Positions 17,505 through 34,938 of a DNA stretch of 64,000 nucleotides are shown piece by piece. The stretch comes from Salpingoeca rosetta (Eukaryota > Protista > Choanoflagellata), in contig JAWQFM010000012.1 of assembly GCA_033442325.1 (NCBI GenBank), positions 560,122 through 624,121 of the forward strand. Direction: 5' to 3'. The notes under the pieces are model-generated. The model saw only the letters and a list, made by a program, of their open reading frames with translations, was not told where the DNA came from and ran no database searches. Numbering within the stretch: position 1 is the first letter of the stretch; each line of letters starts with the position of its first letter. A program made the translations under genes and the position numbers.

Positions 17505-18619
17505 TCACGGTGTGGCGAGAATCTCGGAGATGACGGCGTTGAGAGAACCATCGTGGCGCTTGAGCATGGCGTGGAGGAGGTGCGGGTTGGCGTTGAACCC
17601 CATCTTCAGCAGCTGAAACACCTGGTCCGTGTACGGCCCAAACGGCTGGCTGGCTTCGCGTGCATCCGTTGCAGAGGCATCCGTCTGCGCTGGCGTTGTT
17701 GGCGCTGCACGCGTTGCACCGTCACGCTGGCCATTGTCACCTTGCTGGCGCTGCCTGCGGAACCGCTCATACCGGCCCTGACCCTGGCTGTGGGAAGCGG
17801 CGCAGGCGTGGTGCGTGGTGGCGTGAGGCACAGAAGCACGAGCACCAGCAACCGCGTCACCACGGCCATCTGCTTCGCCAGCGTCATCGCCATCGTCGTC
17901 ATCGTCATCGCTGTCAGGCGGGTACTGGCCATTGCGCACATCCTGGATCAGGGGCGCATCGCCGCGCTTCCGCGTGGCAGTACCCGCAGTGGCGGCGGTG
18001 GCGGTGGCAGCGCGCTCCTCTGGCGCAGCCTGCTCATGGCGCTCCTCTTGCTCGCTGCTGTTGGTGGCGCTTGTGGGTGTTTTCGGGTTGCTTGCAGGCA
18101 CATTCGAAGCCCGCTCCGTGGTGGGAGCAGAAGTGGCTGTTGCTGGTGTCGTCGCTGCTGTTGCTGTCGTCGTGCTTTCTGGTGCTGTCGTCGTTGTTGT
18201 CGGCGTGCAGCGCTGGCGAGGGCAGCACTTGGTGGCGCCGCCAAAGCCTGCCGCCCAGGGCGCACACGAAGGGGGAGCGCATGGCGGGCCACCAGGCGCG
18301 CAGAAGGGAAAAGGGAAGGCAAACGGGAAGGGCGAGCCATCTTGGCCTGCCTTGCACTGCTCCTTGCCAGCGCGCACAAACTGCTGCAGGAGCGGGTGCT
18401 CCACGAGGACGTCAACATCAACGCCATCAACCCCAAGCGTGTCCTTGACAAAGGCCTGCAGGCCTTCCAGCCATGGCGCGAGTGGGTGGTCGGCGTTGGC
18501 GTTGGCACTGCTGCCATTCTTGCCATGAGGAGGACGAGGCGGAGGGCAGCAGCGGGAAGCGCGCTGGGTGGCTGCAAACGGGCAGCCGCGGGACTTGCGG
18601 CCCCCACACGACCGCTCTG

Positions 18620-18655
<36 letters not shown>

Positions 18656-18986
18656 TGGTGGTGGTGGTGGTGGTGACAAAGAGGCGGAGCGTGTCGTCCT
18701 GTGCGCTCTGCACAGCCACGAGGAGGTCCTCGGCATCGCCGATGGTGATCATGTCGTCGTCCTCGTCCTTCCACTTGAGCTGCCACTCCTTGCCGCCGAG
18801 CGCGGCCTCGAAGCTCTCCTCGATGCGGTAGCGCAGGAATGCCGTGTCAAACATCTGCTGCATCCACGGCCAGCGCCGCACCTCGTCCCCGACATACACC
18901 TTCACGGTTGATGGCATCGCAGGGAGGATGTTGGCCGTGAAAGCGGCCGAGGAAGAAGAAGGAGAGTGCTGGTCTTGTCCGTCCAT
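17505..18986 (-). CDS. PB1-UBA protein, p62/SQSTM1-NBR1-like (single exon)
   Basis: N-terminal PB1 (TVKVYVGDEVRRW..LKWKDEDDDMITIGDAEDL..TLRLFV) and C-terminal UBA (YTDQVFQLLKMGF..LLHAMLKRHDGSLNAVISEIL). Confidence 0.85.
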
Positions 18987-20363
18987 GGTTGCTTGCTTGC
19001 TCTTTTGCTGCTTGTTTCTGTGCGCGCAACGTCGAAGGTGGTGCCGCTAGCTGTGGTGCTCTTTTGGGGTCTTGGTGCCGAGGCTGATGCTGAACTTGTG
19101 TCGGCGTTGTTGCTGGTTGCTGTTTTGCCTGAGTTGGTTCCTTGTGTTGTGTCCTCGGTCTGGTGCGATGAGCGAAAAGAAAAAAATGAAGCTGCAGCAC
19201 CGGATCTCGCCACTGATGGGAGCGAGCGCCGTGTCCACAAAACTGCCGTGTCGCGAACACATTCGTGTGCCTCTGTGTGTGCGTGTGTGCGTGTGTGCGT
19301 GTGTGCGTTCGCAGGTGCGTTCGCATAGCGTCATACTTGCAGTTGCTGCAGTGTTGGCGGTGACAGGGCAATGTAGTGGCCGAACGCCGTGAGGAACGGC
19401 CAGGATGTTCGTGCCACGAACGAACCAACAGTGATCGATCGATTGGTCGACTGATCGGTGGTTGGGACGACCGCAGCCAGCGTCGTCAGCCGCAGAGATC
19501 AGCCTTGCTGCAGTGTCACATCATGTCACTGCGTTTTTCCTTTTTTCCTTTTCCTCGCGGGTGGTGCTTCTGCGGCCTTCTGGCACTTGCTCGCAAGCGC
19601 AAGCATCCATAATGTGTGATGTTGACGTGCTGCTGACACGACACACCTGTGTACAATTATGGATCTTATGGATGACACGACATGACATGACGTCACAGAG
19701 CGAAAAACCGTCCTCTTGCCGCTGTCAGCGCCAAGTGTGAAAATTGCGTGCTTTGGGCAACGCAACACAAGCAGCAGGCAAGCTTGTCGCTCGTGTTCAA
19801 AGGCACGACACCGCCTCCTTCACACAGGACTCAGACATGTCATGGTGCTGAAGAAGGTAAGGAAGGTTTGGTGTGCATGAGAACGAGAACAGTGCGGCAT
19901 GTGAGCCACCCAGCACCCATGAAGCAAGAGTGCAAGCAAAGCCAAGGAGCAAGCAAAGCCAGCAGCAGGGCGCCATCGTCGTGACCCTGCTTTGCTTTTT
20001 GCGACCTCTGGATTTTTGACGAAGATGTACACCAATTCTCCTCAGCTCAACCATCTCCACAACCACCACAAACGAACGAACGGCCATCATCGCTGATGTG
20101 ACGCACTTCGGTTGCGGACGCGAAGCAAACACACCACACACAAACCCTACGAACACCACCACAACAAACAAACAGTAGACAACCCTCTCACCACCACTGC
20201 CTCTTTCCCCCGCTCGCTCTACTCAACCTACACCAACAATACAAACGGCACCCTGCAACGCGATCAAGAAGCGAGCGACGGCGGTGGTGACGACACACCA
20301 CACCAACACCACCACAACAAACAACAACAGCAGCACTACCACAGCGGTTGTTCGAGGTGGGTC

Positions 20364-20555
20364 ATGATCCGTCACCGCCTGCGACGATGGTGCTGCCACA
20401 GACACCGGCTTGTGTGGATTGCAGTGGTCGCCCTGAGCATCCTTCTTGTGATGTCGCTGCTTGCACCGTCGCCAACCCCCACCAGCGTTGATGGTGATTT
20501 GAGACAGAGGACAGGCAGGAAGAGGAGAGGGTGGCTGAAGCGTACGCTGTTTCCT

Positions 20556-20587
<32 letters not shown>

Positions 20588-21667
20588 GACAACGACAACA
20601 ACCTCCACAACAACAAAGCCGCCATGTGTCCCGGTCGACCTGCCCGCAATACACAACTTCACCCTTTTGAAAAAGGGCAAGCGGATACCCAAGGAGCACC
20701 CGTGGGGCGCGGTCGATGGCGTGTTCTCCTTTCATGTTCCAAATGCGCCGCACTCCCAGGCTCGCTACGACAGCCTCCGGAAGCAAATGTCATCGCAGGG
20801 GCTGTGGGACCACCTCACCGTTGTTGAAGGCCAGATCTTTCCCAACACCACCAGCGCACACGCGGGGGTCTACGCCGCGCAGCAACACGCCATCCGCACC
20901 GCACTGCAGCAAGACATGTCCGTTGCATGCTTCTTTGAAGACGACTTTCTCTTCGAGCCGTTCCGTGCACCACCAGAGGCAGACGAGGCGACCAGCGAAG
21001 GAAGCGCCCCAAGCAAGGGCCAGGGAGGAGGAGGAGGAAGGGGTGGAGGGGAAGGAGGCTCGAAGTCAAAGGCCTCTGCAGGTCATGCTGCGGGCCCAGA
21101 CCCAAACTGGATCAACCAGCACGAGGCACAGGCGTACCAGGAGCACGCTCATCTCAGCGAGGCACAGCGGATGCGTCTGATCCCACAGCACCTGACACAG
21201 GCCCTGCGCCGGCTGCAGCTGCACGACCCAGAGTGGGACGCGCTGATGCTCACGGGCAACTTCTTTCGCTTCCAGCTCGCGTACAACCACACGGGCGACG
21301 GTCGCCTCATTCGCGACTTTGTGCACGTGCGTGGCTTTGGCGCGGTTGCATACTGCCTGTCCCGGCCCATGATGGAGCACATTTCCTCTGTGCTGTGGGG
21401 CTGTGGCATTGTCCCGAGCGGCACGTTTGACGGCTTCTTCTACGCCAGCGGCAAGGTGTACGCAACGTATCCTCTGCTCGCCATCCATCCGCCCAACCAG
21501 AGCTTGCGCCACAACGAAGCCGGGCCATATCTGCCCGAGCACCTGCTGTGGAAGCCGCGTGTGGACGTGTTCCACCACATGGCCATGTACTGCCCCTCAC
21601 ACGCCGTCGCATGCGACCCGACAGCCCGCGCGTTTAACTGCATGCTGCCGTGGCGTGAACTCAAACC

Positions 21668-21702
<35 letters not shown>

Positions 21703-21797
21703 CCACCACCACAACCAACCGGACAACGACCAAACAGCCCATGCCAGCAGCAGCTGCACCAGCAGCGCCCAATGCACAAGCAGACGTGGAGCTGTAG
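20364..21797 (+). CDS. Type II membrane glycosyltransferase, GT25-like (single exon)
   Basis: Basic N-tail, TM LVWIAVVALSILLVMSLLA, poly-Thr stem, then CFFEDDFLF, PEWDALMLTG, GAVAYCLS and TFDGF in the order seen in GT25 enzymes. Confidence 0.7.
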
Positions 21798-22121
21798 AGC
21801 GTCATTTGTGAGTTGTGTTGATGATGAGTGGTGTTGATGGTGATAAGAGGTGGTGGTTGGTGTGGACGCTGTCACATCATTCCACACTGTGTTTAGCAAT
21901 GGTTTCAGCCCCTAAATTCAACTGGCACCACCCAGCCAGTTGTGGGCTGGTGTGTGTATGTGTTGTGTGTAGTTGAATTTCTTTCCTTGTTGTTATCTCC
22001 ACGTAGATAGCTAGGGCTTGGCCCTGTGGCATTCGTTTCGTGCGCCCTTCCGTTTCTTTGCACGCTTGTTTCTCCTTCTTCCCTGTGTTGCTGTAATGGC
22101 CGCTGACTGCTGGTGTGGCTG

Positions 22122-22204
<83 letters not shown>

Positions 22205-22297
22205 GGGTGTAAAAAAGTATGATGCAGACGTGCAGAAGGAAAGACTATTACTTAGTTTTATTTTATTTATAATTTTTTTCTTTTTTTTTTTTATGTG

Positions 22298-22397
22298 NNN
22301 NNNNNNNNNNNNNNNNNNNNNNNNNNNNNNNNNNNNNNNNNNNNNNNNNNNNNNNNNNNNNNNNNNNNNNNNNNNNNNNNNNNNNNNNNNNNNNNNN
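22298..22397. other. Assembly gap
   Basis: Run of N. Confidence 1.
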
Positions 22398-22750
22398 CGT
22401 GCGTGTGTGTGCGTGCGTGTGCGTGCGTGTGTGCGTGCGTGTGTGTGTGTGTTCCCGTTATCTCTCTATCTCTCTCGTGCGCGCGCTTCCTTTCTCTCTC
22501 TCTCTCTCTCCTCTTCTCGACTAGCTCTGTCACATGCGCCTGCACGGGCCCCTTTCATCAAACGATCGCATACAATCGACCGAGATGCCACACATGAAAG
22601 GAAGCGGGGGGGGGGTGCATGTGTGTGTGTCATGACACATGATGGGTGCTTTTGTGCTTCCACACACATCGATCGCTTGCTTGCTTGGCATGCATTGCGT
22701 GCTGTGTCCTGTTTTGATGACCTGTCTGGATGACACAAGATCACACACAC

Positions 22751-22803
<53 letters not shown>

Positions 22804-23258
22804 AACACACACGCGCGCATATCTTCAAACAATCACACATGCATGATGACATGACTTTTGTCATGTGTCACACCCAAAATCAGTCGTTGATTGATGACAC
22901 ACCTTCGCGACGCAACAACAAAACAACACACACTCTCGCACACACACATACACACATACACACACACAACACACGCTTGTGTTAACACACCAGCAGACAC
23001 ACGTCACTCCCTTGTTGCTTGATTGTTCGTGCCACCCAGGGGCGTCCTACCCTTTTCCATCCGACGAACGAAGAAAGAGGGGCAAGGCAAAACAAAGCAA
23101 GGCGAGGCGAGCAAACAGGACGCCAAACGATCGAGCTGAAGCGTTCAACACCCTCACGTACGCAAGACCGCCGTCACGCACGCTCGCATGCTCGCACGCG
23201 CGACGCGTGACACACGTTTGTCCATTTTCATCACCATCCCCGACCAGCAACAGCGCCC

Positions 23259-27317
<4,059 letters not shown>

Positions 27318-27791
27318 TGTGCTGTACATACGCTGAGATGCGCAGCTGCTGGTGCCCTGCGTTTCTGATGCTTGTTCATACTCGATCACGTTTTTTGTAT
27401 CATACCGGATGTCATCATGCATGTGAATTGCGCGTTCTTACTTGCTCGTTTCTCTGATGGGTCTGTCTGCATTTGCCTCACACGTATGCAGCAGCGTAAA
27501 TGACTCAATGCTCAGGGATGGTTTGCTTGTACTGATCAACGTCAAGGGCAAGTGGCGTGGATGTGACAGCGTGACAGCTGTAACTCAAGGCACAGCAAAC
27601 GGGTTGTCACACACATACACACAGACACACACATACACACAGACACACAGACACACACAGACATACACACACACACAGACACACAGACACACACACACGC
27701 ATAGGTATTCATGCGCGGACGTTCACACAGAGACACGCCCATATGACATGCACAGGCGTAAATGTAACCTGCCTGCAGGCATGGTTGTGAA

Positions 27792-28498
27792 CTACTTCTT
27801 GATGTATGTGTGGACGTAGTCGCGAACAATGTCCTTGAGGTCGACGTCGGTGGGCAGGCCAAGGGAAGCGGCCTTGCTGCAGTCCACCTCGGGGCACACG
27901 TTGATCTCCTTGACGGTGGTGGAGCCACTGTCGCTCTGCACCTGCTTGATGGCGCCAATGGCAATGCCTTCCTCCTTGGCCACTTCCTGCGCCGCGTCCC
28001 AGATCATCTGCAGCGTGAAGGACTTGGCTGGCAGCTGCACCACGCGGTTGTGGCCCATCTCCTCCCCGTCCACCTTGCCAGCAAGGTCGATGAGGCACAG
28101 GACGTCCGTGTTCAGGCTCGAGCACGGGTATGGAACCTGCCGCGGTCGTCCGTTGATGGTTGGCCGTGGTGTGTCCGAAAGCAGTGGTAACGTGAGTGGA
28201 GACGACCAAGGAAGAAGGGCAAGGTAACGCAGGGCGTAAGTATGCAGACAGCTCATTCGAACACAGTGAGACAAGCAGAAGCTTGGGCAAACACCAATGC
28301 GCACACAGGCAGACACACAGAGAGGCACATAGACGGAGACAGAGAGAAGACCCACACCCACACCCAGCCACACCCACACCCAGCCACACCCACACACACA
28401 CACCCACACACACACACATACACACACACACACATACACACACACACACATACACACACACACACACACACGCACACACACGCACACACGCACACACG

Positions 28499-28540
<42 letters not shown>

Positions 28541-29333
28541 CAGACACACACACACACACACACACAGGCAGACAAACGCATGCAGACACACACACACACA
28601 CACACACACACAGGCAGACAAACGCATGCAGCAAACGCACGTCCATGGGAAGGGGCACGTCGTAGTCCTTGCCCTCAAGGGTCTGGGTGAAGATGCCGGT
28701 GTATGGGTAGGAGATGGAGTTTGACCAGCCCGGGCGACCGATGACGGCGCTCAGGCGGCCAACCCGCCCGTCGATGAAGCCCTTGCGCGTGTAGTCGCAG
28801 AGGAGGAGCTCCACGCACGCCTTCTGCACGCCATAGGAGACGGGGGAGAGGCGGAACGACTCCTCCGTCACCGGGTGGGTGCGGTTGTACTCGTTGAAGC
28901 AGGCAACGTAGTCCGTGCTGACGTACACGTAGACCTGTGGCTTGCCCAGCTTGTCCTTGAGCTCGCGCACGCACTCCATGACGTTGATGCTGCCAAAGAG
29001 GTTGATCTTGAGGCCGAGATCAAAGTTCTCCTCCGCGTAGCCAGAGAGCAGCGCAGCAAGGTGGATGGCGGTGACGTGGGAGAAGTCCTCTGGATCAAGC
29101 ACCTTTTGCATGGCGGCCTTGTCTGTGAGATCGCCAAGCACGACGTGGACGCGGGCATCAGCGCGGGTGGCCTCTGCAACGGCGCTGGGTTCCCGCACAT
29201 CGAACAGCACAATCTTGCCAATGGGCTGCGTCTCCGTTGGCGACACATGCAGCGTCTCCAGCTGGGCCAGGCGATCGCACAGCCGCGCCCCAACAAGCCC
29301 ACCAGCGCCAAGAACAACAACCTTCACCGCCAT
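27792..29333 (-). CDS. NAD-dependent epimerase/dehydratase-family extended SDR, D-erythronate dehydrogenase (DenD)-like
   Basis: Exons 28641-29333 and 27792-28136. Rossmann motif GAGGLVG, IHLAALLSGYAEENFDLGLKINL, catalytic YGVQK, ELLLCDYTRKGFIDGR, RPG. Confidence 0.85.
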
Positions 29334-29647
29334 GACTTGCTTGCTGGTCCACTGTTTTGTTTGTTGTTGTTTGCTTTGCTGTCGTTGTGTGTTTGTGTGT
29401 GAATGAATTGCGCAAAGTAACACACCCCACAACAGCTGGCTTCTGCTCTCATACCATCTGCGTTCTGCACACCCACACCCCACGCACCACTTGTTGCTGT
29501 GTGTTTGCTTTGCTTGATGTGAGTTGCGCGTTGGAGGTACCGGGTCCCTTTCATTCAACCACACTCAGACAAAGGCAAGATGAAAGGAAGCGAGGGAGAC
29601 GAGAAACAACACGGCGCATAAAGGACTTTTCCACCCCAGCCAGGTGC

Positions 29648-30064
29648 TTAGAAGCGGAGCTTGGAGAAGAACCATGTGTTCTCGCCCTTCTTGAAGCTGT
29701 CAACAAGGCAGTGGCAACACACAGCAAGCAGCAGGCGCGAGATGAGCTTATGCGTGCGCGCGTGTGCGTGTGTGAATGTGCAACGGGCCACAACAACAAG
29801 ACCTGCACCACCCACCCATCCATCATCCATCGCACCCCCTACTTCGCAGGCATGTGGTGGTGCTGATGGGTGTTTGCTACTTACTGTCGGGACAGCTGCT
29901 TCTTCACCTCCTTGCGTGCAGCGGCCTTCTTCACCTGACGTAGCACACACAAGGCAAAGTCAAAGCACACAGCCACAGCAGGTGAGGCACCCAAAGAACA
30001 GGGCGCAAAAGCACGCAGCTACAAAACAAAACCCACACTAGCGCGGCAACCAACGCGTTTGCTA

Positions 30065-30102
<38 letters not shown>

Positions 30103-31302
30103 ACGGGGTTCTTGAGGGCTTCCTTGCTGACAACGTCCTTGTTGAACTTGAGGTTGAGGGAGTAGCGGGTGGGCATGATGTGGTTGGTGTTGATGACCTT
30201 GACAAAAGGCACCATGCGGCTGCGCTTGGCGCGCTTCTTCACACCCATGTCCTTTGTGATCTTGCGAGGAGGCTTCTCAAGGCCAACCACGAGGCAGTGG
30301 CCGAACTTGTGCTTCTTGTCACTGCGTTTCATGACAAGCCACACCCAAAGACAGAGGCGAGACAAAGCAAGGGCCACAATGTGAGCTCAAGTGTGCCAAA
30401 CGTTGTTGCTCGACGACCAATGACAAAGCACAACTGCAGCACCGCACCGCATCCACACAACAACGCAGCACACCATGCCATCCCACGAACTGTGCGTGTT
30501 TGGTGCTTACCCCTCATCAGAGTGGCTGACAATAGCTGCCTTCTTGCCAGCGTAGCGGCCGCTCAGGATGAGCACGACCTGCACATCAGTGCAACCAACA
30601 GAGAAAGGAGGGGAAGATGGGAGGTGGAGCAAAGAACACGAGAGAGAGAGAGAGTGTGTGTGTGTGTGTGGTGAGGGGAGTGGATCGGCGTGCAAAGAAC
30701 ACACAAGCTGTGTGCATACACATCGCTAGCGTAAGCCTGACGCCAGCACCACCCACGTTTCTCCATCCCTCTTGCATCGGTCTCTTTCTCTGGTCTGTGT
30801 CGCAAGGCAAGGCTGTCATCTGCGCATCTCGAAACAAACTGCCGTCGTTGTTGTGGTGGTGAGTGAGGAGGGAGAGCACAAGGCCCCCTTCTTCGGCGCA
30901 GCAGCAATCATCACCGTCATCATCACCAAGTTACGTGGCAGCCGCAGTTCGTCATCTTTCCAAGTGAACGTATCTTTTCTACATCTCGCCTCGTGCCATC
31001 GCCCACTCGATTGCTGTTGTCGCACAAGGCGGTACTGGGCACGTTGATGGCCACTGCTTGCCCGTGTCATCGAAGACTTTCGCAGCACAAGACGGGGCAC
31101 TCTTCCGCAGCAGCCAACCAACCACCCCCATCATCCTTTATGCACACCCATCCACAGACACCCATCCACAGACACCCATCCACAGACACCCATCCACAGA
31201 CAGTCAACCACAGACTGACACAAACATAGACGCGCATGCTGAGCACACAAGCTCGTGCCGGCTCACCTTCTTCTCCTTGAGGAAGCGCTGCTGTTGCACC
31301 AT
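29648..31302 (-). CDS. RPL27: 60S ribosomal protein L27 (eL27)
   Basis: Exons: MVQQQRFLKEKK (31267-31302), VVLILSGRYAGKKAAIV (30511-30578), FGHCLVVGLEKPPRKITKDMG..PFVKVINTNHIMPTRYSL (~30105-30321), KKAAARKEVKKQL, FKKGENTWFFSKLRF*. Confidence 0.97.
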
Positions 31303-32211
31303 CTTTGCGTCTCGTGTGTGTGGTGGGGAGAGGGTTGGTGGCTGGTCGTCGAAGTCAACCTCACGCGTGTGTGTTGGGAAAAAAGGCAGAGAACAAACCC
31401 TGGCTCCAGGGTCAAATACTATTCTTCGTAAAACTTCCACTATATTTCGTGTGCCTCGTTGCATGCAACGGGCCCAATCCACACACAAAGAAAAAATAAT
31501 AAAACCACACTCACATCAATCGAGAAGCAGGCAAATCAACACCGCGAACTGCACCACAACACGGACCTTGTTGATGTGAAGCAAAGCTCAAGCAAGCAAG
31601 CAAAGAAAAGCAAGCGTTCATCACATCATCCGTGCTGTCACTGGCTCACTGGCCACCGTGTCGCATCCTTTGCTCTTGTCTGTCTCGAGTCTCTCCTCAC
31701 GGCGCTGGATTTTGAGCTTGACGGCAAGACGGCGAACGGCGACCGCTCGGTTTGGCGCCTGCTGTCCACGTGGGCGTCTGCCTTGACATGTGAGTGCAGT
31801 TTGTTGTGTTTGTGTTTGTGGTCGTCGTTGTGGTAATGAATGATGGTTGTGGCTTTGTTGGTGGCTTTTATGGTGGTGGTGGTTGTGGTGGTTGTGGTGG
31901 TTGTGGTGGTTGTGGTGGTTGTGGTGGTTGTGGGGGCCGTGTCTTTTGTTGTGATCCTTGTCACGCGTGCCTGTAGTGCTGTTGTGGTGGCAAGTCGTCC
32001 AGTGTGGTGGGTGTGCTGTCGAACACTTGCTTTGCTGCCTCACACGATGATGGCCACTGCCTGTTCGTGGTTGTTGCTGTACCCGTCTCTTCTTTGTTTC
32101 CCTCGCCTCCACCCAACGTGCGCAGCTGCAGCACCTCCCTTCTCAGCTGGCCCGCAACCCGAAGAAGGAGAAGGTGCGGAAGGACGCCATCTTCAGCAAG
32201 ATCAGCCCCGC

Positions 32212-34168
32212 ATGATTCCTCAAGGTACGTGTGTGTGAATGTGTGTGTGAATGTGTGTGTGAGTGTGTGTGTGGGTGAATGTGTGAGTGAATGTGTGTGT
32301 ATGTGTGTGTGTGAATGAATGTGTGTGTGTGTGAATTTTGTTCGTTTGCCCTTTGCATTTCAACCCCGAGCTAGACGCTCGACTCGACAATGAAAGCAAC
32401 AAAGGCAACGCCCAAGCCATCACTGCATGCATGCATGCACTCCACTCTGCTCGCTGTTCATCTCTGACTCCTTTCACCTGCCCTGCACTCCGGATTCTCC
32501 ATTCCCCGTTCTTCCTATGTGGTTGTGTCAGATGATGGTGCGACTGTGAGCCCGGCTCATGCAACCACCACCGCCCAGCCGCAATCCTCTTCGACAGCAG
32601 CAGCACCATATGCTCCACCCCACGCAACAGCACCACAAGCAGCAGCGCCGCCGTCGACAACAATAGCAGCATCACCGACAGCAGCAGCAGCAGTTGCTGG
32701 ACCCCCACCCTCCTCGTCCACGTCGTTTCCGTCCTCACCGCGACAGCAAGCACGCAGCAGCGTCTACGACACACTTGTCGTCTCATATCCCCAGCGATCC
32801 CCGCCCCAGCAGCACTTGCTGGGCACCATGCAGATGCAACGCCACCAGCAGCAGCACGACCTGCAACAACAACAACAACAACAACAACAACAGCAACAGC
32901 AACAACAACAGCAACAGCAGCAACAGCAGCGCCTTGCCATGGCACACCCACCAAACGCGACCTATCATCAACACCCAGCAGGTGCACGCGCGCATGTGCT
33001 ACCCCACCAGCATTGTCCGCCGCCGCAACTACAGTACCAGCATCAACAGCAACAGTACCAGCACGATCAGCCACAACAGGCCCTTCCTCAAGCATCTCAG
33101 CCCACAGTCATGCTCCCACAACGACATCACTACTCCCCATATGCACCGCAGCCCGTCTACCAGCCACAGCAGCAGCAGCAACAACAACTGAAAGCACAAT
33201 ATGCTCACTATCAACAGCACCCACAACACCAAGCACAGCGGCAACACCACCAGCACCCACAGCAGCAATCACAACAGCCTCAGCATGCATTTGCCATGGC
33301 TGGCGTGCCCACCCTTACCACTTCCTCCATCGCTCATCCCAGCGCGCCGCCGCCCGCACATTCGGCAGCACCACCGCGCCTGCAGCCATCGCCACGCACT
33401 GCGCCAGCGTCCATGCCTCCCTCCACATACGCGCCATCACAACCACCACAGCAACAGCAAGCAATTGCACAACAACCAGCACCAGCACAGCGACACATGC
33501 CAGCACAACAGCAGCCCTCACAACAGCAGCAGCAACAGCAGCCCTCACAACAGCAGCAGCAACAGCAGCCACAACAGCTGTCACAGCGCGGGGTGATGTC
33601 GACAGATGGCGACGCCTCAGATACAGGCGCGGTTGCTGCTGCTCTGATGCCTGACGCGCCGGCGCACATGACGGGTATTGCTGCGGAGCTGGGCCTGGTC
33701 GCCCTCGCATCCGCCCTTCTCAACGTCAACGCACGCACACAGCAGTCACAGTCGCAGTCGCAGTCGGAGTTGTCGGGACAGGCTGGGCAGGGACCAGGGT
33801 CGGGCGAACTGGCAGCGCTGCTGGACCTGCTGTTGCAGTCGCCAGCACCGCCGCCAGTGGCAAGCGGCACTGCGGGCCACGCCATGACACCGATTGCCGT
33901 TTGCGGCAGCACGGCACTTCCCAATGCTGCTCGTACCACAGCCACGGCAGCAGGCATCAGCTCGTCGCCCGCCACAGCCACCACTAACGCCACCACTAAC
34001 GCCACCACTAACGCCACCACTACTGCTGCAACGAAGCCCGCAATGCACGCTTCGGCCGAGCCCAGTGCGCGCACGCGGCGCAGCAGCCGAGGCAGGAAGA
34101 CGGCAGCAGGAGTAACGCCACCAGCAGCACCAGCATCATCAGCGTCACCAGCAGCATCGGCATCGACC

Positions 34169-34207
<39 letters not shown>

Positions 34208-34907
34208 GAAGGCAAGGCTGCCACGTCTACACCAGCAGCGACTACACAGCCAAGCGGTGCAGCCGCAAAGAGGAATCGTCCTAGCAAAGTGTGCGTGCAC
34301 GGCAAGCTGCCGACGACACCGGCCACGCTGTCGGCCCTGGGGGAGGTCGGTGCACTGCGGGAGGAGGCGATGTGGACTGTGGGCAATGCACAGACGCTCT
34401 CGGACCAGGTGACGGCCACACACGCAGCCGTCGCCGGACTGTCTCTGCAAGTGTGCCGCATATGCGCCAGCAACGTGCAGTACAGCGAGTACCTTGCGCG
34501 GGTCGACCCAGCACTGCTGGAGCGTGTGCAGCAGCAGCTGGAAGCGGAGGCACGCCAACCTGCTGATGGCGGCGGTGGTGATGAGGAGGAGGCCGGCGGG
34601 GTCAAAGCTGAACGTGAGGAAGAAGGGGAAGAAGAGGAAGAAGAGGAAGAAGGGGAGGAAGGAGCAGTAGCGACGAACGGCGAGAAAGAAGCAGAAAAGA
34701 AGAAGAAGAAGAGTAAGAAGATACAGATGAAGAAGGCGCTGAAGAAGAAGAAGGGGCAAGCAAAGCGGCGCGCAAGTGCACGGGAGAGCGGTGAGATGAA
34801 GGGGAAACGCGCTCGACACGCACACAAACGGGAAGCGGGCGAAGAGGAAGAGGAGTTGGAAGAAGATGACAGTCAGCAGGAGGAACAACAAGCAGCCGAA
34901 GAGGAAC

Positions 34908-34938
<31 letters not shown>

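Noticed and set aside
22210-22297. T-rich tract resembling a retroelement poly(A) tail
   Set aside because: Adjacent to a gap, after a TG run; no element body or target-site duplication visible
30579-31266. Possible intronic snoRNA in RPL27 intron 1 (TGATGA motifs on the minus strand)
   Set aside because: No suitably spaced CTGA box D or terminal stem found by eye; needs an Infernal/snoscan search
32126-32215. Alternative frame LQHLPSQLARNPKKEKVRKDAIFSKISPA* whose stop overlaps the ATG of the MSL1-like gene (uORF?)
   Set aside because: No in-frame start codon or upstream exon could be linked to it
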